Below, piece after piece: positions 12,074 through 22,863 of a stretch of DNA of 64,000 nucleotides. This stretch comes from Eukaryota sp. GEM-RC1 (lineage: Eukaryota). Under the pieces are notes generated by a model. That model worked only from the letters and a program-made list of their open reading frames with translations, had not been told where the DNA came from and made no database searches. Position numbers and translations under genes: made by a program. The DNA lies in NCBI GenBank assembly GCA_040285855.1, contig JAUFOQ010000002.1, forward strand, positions 1,116,001-1,180,000, written 5' to 3'. Numbering within the stretch: position 1 is the stretch's first letter; every line of letters starts with the position of its first letter.

Positions 12074-13350
12074 ATGCCTTCCTCACGATCTGCAAATACT
12101 CTACGGCAGCAGTTGAGGTTGTTGGAATGCTATGCTCCTAAATTATCCAACTCTACTCCTTTCACATTACCATCGCCACCTCCAGCATCATCAACATTCG
12201 TACCCAACAAAAATACCCTTAAATCCAGTAGGAAAACTTCTCGTATACGTGATTCATGGAACACTCTAACTGACACTACCCTTTCCAATAACACTACAAT
12301 TCTATCTCCACCTCATGTTTCTGGTCCTACCCCAAATCCTTTCTCTTCTCTTAAAGTACCCAAACTTCATCTTCCAATGGATAGTCTTGATACTATTTCT
12401 GAGGTCTCTTCACTTTCCGCTAATTCTTCCCACTTCAATTCTTGTTGTAATTCTGCTGTACAGAAAGTCTTCACTGAACTTACAACATTGTTTTCAGAAA
12501 TTCTACATAACCAGCAATCTCAGCTGGCAACTCAAAAAACCACTACTTCGCGAGCTTTCTTTGATGCCATTAATCAAATTGAAAAAGATTTATCAATAAT
12601 CACGATGCCTTAGTCACGTCATATACCAATAGACTACGGACTCTCAAGTCCAATCAAGGTACAAGACTAGTCAAATCAGCACGTCAACCTACTCCTAAAA
12701 AACCTACCCCAGTTGCTCCTTTAACAGAAAGAACTAGACCACAAACAGTTCGACATTCTGAACCTAAAAAGAAGAAAATAATTGAAATCCCTAAAGTCTC
12801 TTCACCTCAAGCCAATGTTCCAAATAAAGTTCTTAAAAACAAATCAGTTATGACGTTGAAGTTTAAAAAGGACGACAAGAACTCCAGAGATGTCTTTGTT
12901 CAAACAGAAGAGGACCAACCTCCAACAAGTGTTGCAGAGTTGTTCCGACCTTATCTTACTACTATTAGATCTGCTCTCGCTGTTCAAGAAGTACTTGTGT
13001 GTGATTTAGCTTGTACTCATTGTCTTTTACCCCCAATGTCTTCTCATAAGACTTCTTTTGAAGGGTTCTCTCTTAAGTGTGGTCATCTTGTATGTGGATC
13101 TTGTTTATCAAAGATCTTTGCTAAGAAAAACTCTGTTCAATGTAATCAATGCGGGTTTGTCTCCTCAAGAGAATCTCTTTGTCCCTGCACTCCTGTTAAC
13201 TCAGCATGTGCAAGGATAGATGCTTTGAGTGACATTGGGCGTTTAAGGAAGTTGTTAGATGAATTACTTACACAAAGGAAGATCTATCTTGGTCTTTTGT
13301 CAAAAAGACCTTTGATAAAAACAGACCAATGTCTAGTTAATTTGATTTGA
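12074..13350 (+). CDS. RING-finger protein with Ser/Pro-rich N-terminus (probably one gene, frameshift near 12580)
   Basis: CTHC..LKCGHLVCGSC..CNQC RING. An open Lys/Pro-rich stretch links ORF 12074-12613 to ORF 12850-13350. Confidence 0.6.
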
Positions 13351-13372
13351 TTTACAGTTCTTTATTGCACGG

Positions 13373-14552
13373 TTACAGAAGCGATTCCCACACAAAAACC
13401 CTTCCAAAACGAGAAATCAAGGATAATTCTGGTCCTTGGTCAAGTGAAACCGTACTTATAGACTCATCTATATCAACGATACCACAAAAGGATATTTCTT
13501 CTGAATCACCATTTGATTCTCCATCAACTGGTTGTAATTTACCTGAGGAGAGTGTGAATTTGTGGATCAGAAGTCTGCCTCCATCGCATCCAGAAAAGAG
13601 CTCATATACGTCATCTGATTGTCTGATTTTGAGAGAAACTGGCCAGTTCTGATGACCTGTTAGCTTCTCCGATTAATATGGCTTTGGAATTAAAAACATA
13701 TATTTGATCATCTTCAGCTCCACATATAACCAACAAACCATCTTTAGATCCAACGATGCTCTTAAAGGCAGGAAATCCCTTGACTTCAAAGCAAACGTGA
13801 CCAGTATGAATGTCAACACAGCGAAGTTGACCACCAGTAGAACAAGACCAAATATAAGTACATAGATTGAGGGAGGTTACAACAAATCCAGAAAGACAAT
13901 AACTAGAAAGCATAAATCTAGAAACAGGGTTTACTTGAGGTTGTAAATCTCGAGGTCTAGTAACTAAATAAGGAGTTAGAACTTGCGACTTCTTTTCATC
14001 CCATGGATGTTGTTTCGTGATTGACCAGTTGTATTGGTGTATACTTCCGTCAGCAAAAGATACAAGGAAAGAGTTGGGAGCAGGATGAAGAGCAATGTCA
14101 GTGACAGGAAACTGTGTAATCTCACCCATTGCATTATAGTGCCGGGAAAAAGTACGTCGTTGGAAAGGGTCAAAAACAATGACGTCACCTCTAGAGAATC
14201 CGAGAATAACGATGATTCTGTCATCACCAATGTATGTCAGCAACTTAGTAACATATGTAGGAAAAGAAAATCGATGTAGAACGAAACCAGACTGAAGATC
14301 TATCACCTCAAAGACATTGGCAAGAGCAATGACAAGAAGTAAAGGAGATTTAGTTGGTTCTCTATTATATTGGCTGAGTTTGGGGTCTGGTTGTGAGATA
14401 CACTCTTCAATTTGAGAAGTGATCGCTTGGAGACCATGGTATGGAATGAAAGAAAAACAAGAAGATCTGTAGTATGATAGTGGTCTATCGATAATTGGCT
14501 GGGATATTATGCATGTTAAGTCAGAGTAGGAAGAGTTGTATTGTAGAGACAT
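13373..14552 (-). CDS. WD40 protein, WDR20/CreC-like (frameshift near 13665)
   Basis: ILGFSRGDV..FDP, FLVSFADGSI..Y, NPVSRF, DGLLVICGAEDDQIYVF. The shifted frame continues KLTGHQNWPVSL..FGRVFVWESLL* to TAA at 13373-13375. Confidence 0.7.
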
Positions 14553-14862
14553 TGTTTAAAGGGTGTTATGGAACAACTTTAAGTGGAGATTGAAAATCAT
14601 CTCTGAACTTAAACATTGGATGATACATGTATTACATATGTACACTCTTCTTTAATTGGAGTACTTACATAATCAATTGGAGGAGAATACTGTGCTCGCA
14701 ATTGAGTCTAACTCAGTTGTTGATTTGAAAACGACGATTGTTAGCACACTGATTATGTTCAGTGAAGAAGTCCTGTGTATCACAAATGGCATCCATCTGA
14801 AATTAATATCTAGGGCAGTAAGGTAAATGCTACATGTTTGCAATCAAACTTTTGCCTGCATA

Positions 14863-15384
14863 ATGACTACCTTCAATGTTCTCATAATAAAACGAGATCC
14901 CTATACCAAGGTTTGGTTTCGCCACAGCAGCAATGGTGTGGTTGTTGTTGATGCTGTTGAGCGCCGTATCAAAGTTCTCGTGGATTCTATTCAGATGTCT
15001 GACTTTGGTATTGACAACTGTATTGCATTCAAACAAAGTGGGGAAACTATTTATGTGAAATACATGGACGGAGATCTGAAGGATCTGTTTGGCATGGTTT
15101 TCCCATCTATTGATCTTCTACAACAGTTCAAAGACTGTGTCGAACCTTCTGCTGGCCAATGCATCAATATTTCCCAAGAGTTTGAATCTCCACCACCAAC
15201 ATCTTCACAAATGTCTCAACCAAAAACACCAGATTTTACACTAAGCCAGAAGTCTAATCCAAAATTGTCTAAGATTCCTTCCGACACTGACTTGAAATCG
15301 ATGATTATCCAGCTACTTAAGGAACCGGACTTTCCATCCTACTGTGTTGCTGTAAGTTCTGTATTAGCACAGCTTTCTGGGTAA
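14863..15384 (+). CDS. Rec114/PHS1-like meiotic double-strand-break protein (tentative)
   Basis: Beta-rich PH-like N-half, SQ-rich linker, and C-terminal DLKSMIIQLLKEPDFPSYCVAVSSVL, which resembles the Rec114 C-terminal motif (L..CL.D..FP.FV..VE..L). Confidence 0.5.
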   Translation: MTTFNVLIIKRDPYTKVWFRHSSNGVVVVDAVERRIKVLVDSIQMSDFGIDNCIAFKQSGETIYVKYMDGDLKDLFGMVFPSIDLLQQFKDCVEPSAGQCINISQEFESPPPTSSQMSQPKTPDFTLSQKSNPKLSKIPSDTDLKSMIIQLLKEPDFPSYCVAVSSVLAQLSG

Positions 15385-15604
15385 GTGTTGTGGAAGTTTG
15401 GAAATATCCTTGTGAAGCCTTGAATACCCTATGGTTGGTCTACTACATACTAATGTAGTAGACCAAAAAGTGTAGTAGACCGATTGTTTGGAAACAAAAG
15501 AAACAAAACAGAACTGCATAAATGTTTGTCTTTGACTTAAAACGAAGTACATGTACTTAAAAACAGAGCTCTGTTTTATCTAGAATTTAGTCTGTTGATT
15601 AAAT

Positions 15605-15877
15605 CTAATGATTGTCATGTTTTTTTGCCTCTTTAATGAATGCTTCCTCCTTCCAAAGTTGTCTCTTAAATGCATGTTTTTCTGATATGTTTACTCTTTC
15701 TTTTGCTTCAGAGCCGTACCTTTTGGAAAATAGGCTTTCAATCTCACTAACAGGAGAATCTTTTGGTTCGACACCGTGATGACGTCTTGACGACCAATGC
15801 TTTAGTTTGGAGATTGTTTTTGGTGTGGGTGGGTCCTGGAGATATTTTTTGATTGTAGGGAGATCGTGTTCACTCAT
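15605..15877 (-). CDS. 90-aa unknown basic protein, paralog copy A
   Basis: Closely similar to ORF 23754-24026, with many synonymous differences. Confidence 0.8.
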   Translation of the reverse strand: MSEHDLPTIKKYLQDPPTPKTISKLKHWSSRRHHGVEPKDSPVSEIESLFSKRYGSEAKERVNISEKHAFKRQLWKEEAFIKEAKKHDNH

Positions 15878-16376
15878 TTAAAGTTCGTAAACTTGTCCGG
15901 CATCTTTCTATTGAATTGTTGACAAAATCAGTAGTGCTGATATAACGTACTACAGGTGAGTTCTCTTGAAAACAAAAAGTACAATCAAAACAGAAAAGAC
16001 TAAGAAGACCTAATTCATAATTAGCAGACCATTCGCCCTTTTTGGTAATGCTTTTGATTTAAATTCGGAACTGCAGAAATTTCAACACATCAGTTGTTGC
16101 TATCAAAAGTGCATTTTTGTGCTTGAAGTAGCACACCACAAGAAACAACAAATAGACAAAGACTATTGAAATAAACTATCTTTCGAACTAACTAATTCCG
16201 AAAAGTAGTTATAATTAAATAACTTGCAGAAATGGAATCTACATGTACATGTAGTATACAGTGATTTAAGAATCGCTCCTCCAAAACGACCTAATCAACT
16301 TCTTATCACAAATTTTCAAACAAAGCTAGAAACTCCTTAGTAGAACAATCAAAATTTCCGTATAAAGATACATTGT

Positions 16377-16565
16377 ACCGCAAAAGGGTGAAAGACGACA
16401 TGTATAGAATTCTGTGAATTTCATCCTCCCAAAGTAAATCCTGCTCCCACTTTGGTCATATCCATTTAGGCATCACAGACACGCTATGCTATGAGATGAT
16501 ACGGTGAGACTGAGATAGCTTCATACACATAGCGCTGCCCGACCGTTTATGGTGGACTGATTTCT
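16377..16565 (-). ncRNA. Candidate Fanzor omegaRNA scaffold
   Basis: Relatively GC-rich non-coding segment directly 3' of the Fanzor stop. Stems: 16482-16494 with 16521-16534, and CCAAAGT 16429-16435 with ACTTTGG 16449-16455. The position matches known Fanzor/TnpB omegaRNA loci. Boundaries are inferred. Confidence 0.55.
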
Positions 16566-19500
16566 TCAAGGGAGATCTTCTTCTTTTGACTGCCTTCGTT
16601 GGGGTTCCTCCTTTTCTTTTCTCGATCCAGTTTTAGGTGAACCCTGGTTTGACTCATCTAGCTGTGGACATGTTCGTATGTCGTGACCTGTTTGTCCACA
16701 TTCTCCACACTCTCTTTCTTTACGAGTCTTTTTCGCTGCAGTCTTTTTTCGATCTCTCTTCAAAGTAACATTACCACTCTCGAAATCAGTTGTTAAAGTT
16801 TTTGATCTCTCGAGAATAGATGGTCTAGCTTGACCTTTGATGGCGGCTTCGATAATGGAATAGATATTGATGGAAGAGTTGAGATCTCTATTCCAATAAG
16901 TCTTGCACCTTTGCATTTCACCAGCCCCCATGGTGTTGACTTTGCTTTTACTTCTACGGACTTCTTTATCTTCTCCCACTCGTCTTCAAAGCTTCTCTTT
17001 TTCGGTGGATCCTTACGGTTGTAGACCAGTACTTTTTCCTTGAGTTTCTTCTTCTTCCGTCTTATTTGACGCAGTCCTCTTGGGCCTAAAACTTTGATAG
17101 ATGGATCATTTGTACATAATCCAAATAGTCCTTGAGCAGCACACTTTGAACAGGACTTGCTGGTACGGTATTCGTCAACTAGAAATACCTTATACCCGAA
17201 TTTTCTTAACATTCTTCGGATTTCTGCTCCTCTAATAGCTGGAGTTTTACCTTTTCTTGTGTTTCCCTTAGAACTCCAGTCCCCGTAACCAAGGACAAGG
17301 TCTTCTGGAGATCCATAGGTTAATTTAAACCTTTCCAACATATTCTTTTCACTCTGTTGATTGTTGGAATAAATTTGAAACTTCCTTTTCGTAAACCAAT
17401 CGTCTTCATAGAAATCTCTCAGGTATACACAACTCCGTTCAGCTTCTTTGATGTAAGTCTCGAACTCATCACTGAAACAGGACCTTTGTTGTCCTCTAGA
17501 GACGGCAAGAGCAAATTCGTCGAGGATTTCTTGACCAGAAACAGTTCTACCATTAGAATTTTCGACTGTATAATCTTGGAGCGATCTTTCAGTTTCTGTT
17601 TTCGTAATTTCAAAGAAGGAAGTTTTTAGTTTTCTTCTTTCAGTCAACCGATATTTCTTGCTTTTTCGGTCATATGATCTCTCCCCAGTACTGTACCTGA
17701 AGCTGGCCAAAAAGTGGTTTGGTTTCAGCCGTACTCGTTGAGATGGGGTTTGTCTCCATTGGTTCAATTGTTTTTTTCTTTTTTTAATACCACCTTTTTG
17801 TTTTAGTCTCATTTCTGAAGGTAGCCGTTTTTTCGTGGGATTGTTGTCCGAACATGAAAATTCTTCAAATAATATCTCTTCATTTGTTTTTGGAGATACG
17901 CAAAACATCAAGTCATTTTCATTCGGGTCAATGCCAATTATTCTCTTTTCTGTCAGGTTCATTTTTTCAATGTCTTCCGACGTTAAAGAGTCAATATATC
18001 TTTCCGAAGATATTAGTGATTTTGCGGTAAAATCTTCAAAGGTGTTACCGTTTTCATCCAGCAAATCTTTTCGAATCATAACCAAGGAACAGGAAATGCC
18101 ATCTGTTACAATCGAAGAATACTTCAGACCAAATGATCGTGATGATGTAATAGCTGTTTCGGTAAGTACAGAGTCAAATACTTCCTTTCGAATAACGTTA
18201 GCGGAACCTTTCAAATTTAAAACTCTTTGGTTTATCCAAGCAGTATCTAATCTAATATGCTGTGGGACCAACGTCTTGGTCATTGGGAACGGATTATTAA
18301 CCTTTAAGGGTTTTCCATCAATTGAACAAAAAGACTGAATGATTCTGTTGATATAAACAGCATGAGAAAGAAATTGTAGTGGCTTGACTTTCTGAGCGTA
18401 GTAAAGATTCTTGCCTTTGGCAATGGTAGGGAACAAACAGAATTTTAAATATGCAAAAAAGATTAAAGTCAATTCTGATTGCGGGAAGGGGAAAATGATA
18501 TGATCATCAATTGGAATGTCTTCAAAGTTTCCATCAATAATCAGTTCTCTGATGGAATTTAATTTTGATTTCAATTCCTTCTTTAAGTGTTGCTCTTTAA
18601 TTTGTTTAAGACGATAGTTCTTCAACGTAACAATGTTAAAGTAGCGAAAGACATAGTTGTGGAAGTATTTCGCCAAATTGTTAGCATAATTGGTTTCAAT
18701 TTGTTTAGCCGTATAATGATAAATGCTTGACATAAACTCCAAATTAGGAAAAGAAATGTTGTTACTTCCAATTTCATGAGACAGAGAGTCAAGAATTGGA
18801 TAAAAATTATTACAGTAGTGTAATGCGATTTTCTGTTTCAAAGAATGATCAAATTTTTCATTTTGTAAAACTGCTTCTGCTTCTATTTTTGACATTTTCA
18901 AGTCGGAAATACCGCAAGCCTTTTTTTTCTCCACATACATTCGTCGGAGAACGTGCCTTATTGATCCAAGAGCCAAAAAAGGACTCAAATCTGGTAAGCG
19001 AACCGAAAAGTCTTTGTAATAATAGCAGATATTACAATTCTCAGAAGACTCAGAATCATTTCCAATCATGGACAACGAAGGGTCATCGTGCAGTAACATC
19101 AATTCTCTTTCTTTGACTATTGATTCAGCTTTGATTCTTCCAAAATCTTCAAATTCACGTAGAAGCAAATGCTTTAAGAAGGTGGTTCCCCTCACAGTTG
19201 CTTTTTGATTTCGTTTAGAACAAATTTTAATTAATTGAATGTTTTCATAATCTCTGAAAACCTTATCCAATCCTTTTTTTACGACTTTAATCGGAGGGCG
19301 GTCTAAAACAAGCTGAATTTCTTCATCAAAAAAATAATTCTTCAATTCGGACAACATCTTAATTTTGTTCAGCAAATCTTCAACCAGAGAGTTGCGTTTT
19401 CTGTCATCCATCCATAACTTGGAAGTTTTAATATTTTGAGCAAGCAAAGTAAACTCCCTCTCCCGTTCAGGGCTAACCGTTGATATTTTTAGGATTTTTT

Positions 19501-20341
19501 TGAATTGGTTGAAGTAAGTTTTGAATTCAGTTGGTGATAAAATTAAATTAGGTATTGCCTTTTGAAACAATTTGGAGCAAACATTTTCTAAACCTCTACC
19601 ACCTTTGAAAACATAGGTTGACTTTACAACATTTGCCATGTCAAGGGAAATAAATGGTCCAAATTCGCTTTGCTTACACCATCTATAGAACCAGATGGGA
19701 ATAAAAGGCCTGAATGGCTCATCCACATTAAATGTGGTGGAGATGTTCAAAAGTTTACATCGTGCAATTAAAAACGGGAACAATAATTTTTCAGAGTTAT
19801 AACTTATAAGCAATCTAGGCTTTTTCTCGGACAGTAAAGATATAAGACCATTAATCATGACTTCTTCTGATGGAAAAGTAATTGTTTGAACACCATCAAA
19901 ATCACTTGTTTTTTTGGTACTGATGACAACAGTAGAAACGAAATTGGTGTAAATAAATGTGAGGACAATAAGGATGATTTGATCATCCTCCGCATTTGGT
20001 ACCAGCTCTGGCCTGGACACTTCAATTTCTTCACTGATTGTTGGAACTTCAGCAGCCTCTTGTTCTTTAGAAACAATTTCTGTTGAAGATTCTGTAGTAG
20101 TGCATTTCCGAAGAGATTTCTTCTTAACATTGAAAAGGAGTGGGGTAAGTCGTTCACTATCGGTAATGACCGTTTTAAAATCAATAAGGCAATACAGTGG
20201 GATGTCATCTACAGAAGACAGGTGAGACTTCTTAAGAGGCGGGGGAAATATTGTGTCACCATGGTTGTGACAGGATGAACCACAAGGATAAAGTGTATAC
20301 TCCGGGCCGTGAACTACTTCGGGAAGACTGACAGGAGACAT
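16566..20341 (-). CDS. Fanzor: Fanzor1-type RNA-guided RuvC endonuclease with N-terminal inactive PolB-exonuclease-like domain and C-terminal CCHC knuckle (~1258 aa after repairing a 1-nt deletion at 16910-16912)
   Basis: RuvC-I IIGIDPNENDL (D at 17927-17929); LVLGYGDWS; rearranged RuvC-II VDEYRTSKSCSKC (E at 17171-17173); WGLVKC-(frameshift)-RCKTYWNRDLNSSINI RuvC-III (D at 16884-16886). Fanzor1-like N-lobe motifs QIETNYANNL, HIRLDT and SIVTDGISCSL. Confidence 0.9.
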
Positions 20342-21435
20342 GGGAAATAACAATTGTCGACATTGTGATTCGTTCTCGTCACTTTCCTCTCGACAGGATT
20401 CAGTTTCCTACTTGATTATTAGTTTGTCAACAGTTTACTTTCCACTTTACAACTCGGTTAATTTATGGCAAAACTTTGTCTCCTTCTCTAGATACGGTGT
20501 ACAACTATCCTACCTCCTCTCAACAATTTTAGTCATTATACCTCACTCTCTCAGAATATCTTCATGTTAGTTTCATTCACGATTCTATCTTTTAAGATGC
20601 GCCTTTTCCGGTCTCTATTCAGGCCACAATGATCAGAAGTCTTTTGCCAGAAACTCAAGACTCGTCTTCCTTTTAGAAACACTCAGTCCCCATCATCAGA
20701 TCTTCCGTTGTTCCTACTTTTACTTCATTTTGACTTCTCTCAAACACCTTGAAAACAAGTGTGACAACATCCAGTCCTCTCTTTAAGCATTCTATATGAC
20801 TGATTATTGCTACTGTGCGATAGACCAATGATATACAGTCTTAAAAACCCAATGGTTATATTACTAAACAATTGGAAATTGCAGAAGCAACTGCCTTTGC
20901 GAGACAAATATATCGGTAGGTAATGATCCCTATTTGCACACATTGGTTAGTTCTAATTACGAATAAACAATATTTATCTCAGAAATTTAAAATCACATAT
21001 GGGAAATACAACTTCAACTTACTTTAATGGAAGAAAGAAGCTACCTCGATTGAATACGAAGGAAGTGAAGTTCTGCACTAGATTGTACTTCAGATAACCT
21101 TAGGAAGGATAATGGCATGTATAAAAGGACACAACAGACCACAGAAGAGGAGATGGGGGAATTGTTGGGGAGAGGAAAGGGAAGGGGAATAAAATTCACG
21201 CAAGAGGATCCTCACAGAAGCATCATCAGAGTCTCTGATGACTCATCAGAAGATGGATCGTCCCCATCCAGAGAAAGGACCAAACATCCCTCACTTTGGT
21301 GTCTTCCGAAGCGTGGATAGACATGCTCGTTAAGTCGAGTCTTGAGTCCCAAAGCATTCCAAAAGTATATCCCATAAGTAAAAAGAGTTTGTGGGAATTG
21401 GGTGTGTGGGAGAATTGGTAAAATGGGGTTACAAG

Positions 21436-22050
21436 CAATGTGCGCAAATCTTTGGTACGTACCGTACGTACGGTACGGATCGGTACGTACCGATTTTGTT
21501 TATCCGTACCGATGTGATTTTATTTTATTTGAAGCCTATTTATGATTGACCTAAAATGATTTACAAATACAAATTTTGGAGTGAAGGTTTACTGGCTCGT
21601 CAAACATAGTACTATTGCAATTGGCTTCTGTGCATTCTAATAGTTTAGACACAAAATTTTGGGGTTTTTGGGCTCTTTGTTATGGTAAATTTCGTAGTAG
21701 TCACTCGTTTATTGCATTGTAAGTTGAAGATGATTTGTTGTTGATTTTATGTGATTCCTGAGCTTCGTGTGAACTAATGTCATTTTGGGAAAGTTGTGGT
21801 CATCAATGATGTACCCCAAATTCGACTGAGTGTAACAATCGTGATCTTGATATTCTGAACCATGTCTAACAGTTGAATACATGACGATGGTAACTGTCAA
21901 AATTTCACATTGGATCATCATGTTCAAAATAGTAATAATGTATTTTAGTCGGTCAAAAGTACAGTACCGGTACACGTACCGTACGTCCGTACGTACGGTA
22001 CGGTACGGTACGCCGAAAATCGCTCCGGTACGGAACATTTGCGTTGCATG
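21436..22050. mobile_element. 615-bp non-autonomous hAT-like element (MITE) with CCGTAC/GTACGG subterminal arrays
   Basis: 8-bp TSD GTTACAAG at 21428-21435 and 22051-22058. Imperfect TIR CAATGTGCGCAAAT vs CATGCAACGCAAAT. Palindromic cgtaccgtacgtacggtacg clusters at both ends. Confidence 0.8.
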
Positions 22051-22122
22051 GTTACAAGTAGGGATATTCACCCAAAATGAAAACTACTGTTGCATTTTTC
22101 CCACTAGCACTGCTTCTAAAAT

Positions 22123-22784
22123 ATGAACTTTGATAACACACTTAAAGTCATTTGTGTCGGAAATGGTACTGTCGGTAAGACAAGTCTCTGTATCCGTTTC
22201 TGCAATGGCAGCTTCACCTCGACTTACAAAAAAACTCTTTCAGTAGACTTTCTTGAAAAATCATTGTACATAGATTCTCTAGACTCTGAGGTAGTCTTCA
22301 ATGTCTTTGACACCGCTGGACAAGAAGAATATGACAGCCTTACATCCACATACTACAGAGGTGCTCAAGGAATAATTATTGTCTTTGCTACTGACAACAG
22401 GGGAAGTTTTGAGAGCATAGATGAGTGGGTCAAGAAGGTTCAAGCTCATTGTGACGATGTTCCCACAGTTTTGGTTCAAAACAAAATAGATCTGGTAGAT
22501 AAATCTGTGGTATCGGAAGATGAAGCTCAACGAAAGGCTGAAGAGCTCGGAATTCCCTTATTTAGGACATCTGCACTTGATAATGCTAATGTCAGTGATG
22601 GTATTTACTATTGGTTTTATTAATCCTAGTTTTTGAATATCTAAGTACAAAATATTTAAGCGAGACACACGAAGAAGAATCCATGGATGAAGACCAACCT
22701 GTAAATCTTGATGAAAACGAAGAAGAAACACAAGAAAGGACACGCAAGTTCAGTCTGAAGATGTTTAAGTGTTCAATACATTAG
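22123..22784 (+). CDS. RAB23: Rab23 small GTPase, two exons (22123-22600, 22630-22784)
   Basis: GNGTVGKTS, YKKTLSVDFLEK, DTAGQEEY, VQNKIDL. Splicing a 29-nt GT..AG intron gives NVSDVFEYLSTKYL and the C-terminal prenylation motif CSIH*. Confidence 0.9.
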
Positions 22785-22863
22785 AAACTGCAAAATAAAA
22801 CATTTTATTCATCGTCGCTGTACTTTATGCGTCACTTAGCAGTAGTTGAGATATCAGTGAAGC

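Noticed and set aside
13347..13652. 101-aa plus-strand ORF
   Set aside because: It is the antisense shadow of the frameshifted C-terminus of the WDR20-like gene on the minus strand.
16566..16979. Separate 137-aa zinc-knuckle gene
   Set aside because: It carries the Fanzor RuvC-III motif and is the frameshifted C-terminus of the upstream ORF.
21455..22032. GTAC-rich ORFs (21709-22071, 21881-22126) and a possible telomere-like repeat
   Set aside because: These are subterminal repeats of a MITE; the translations are low-complexity artefacts.
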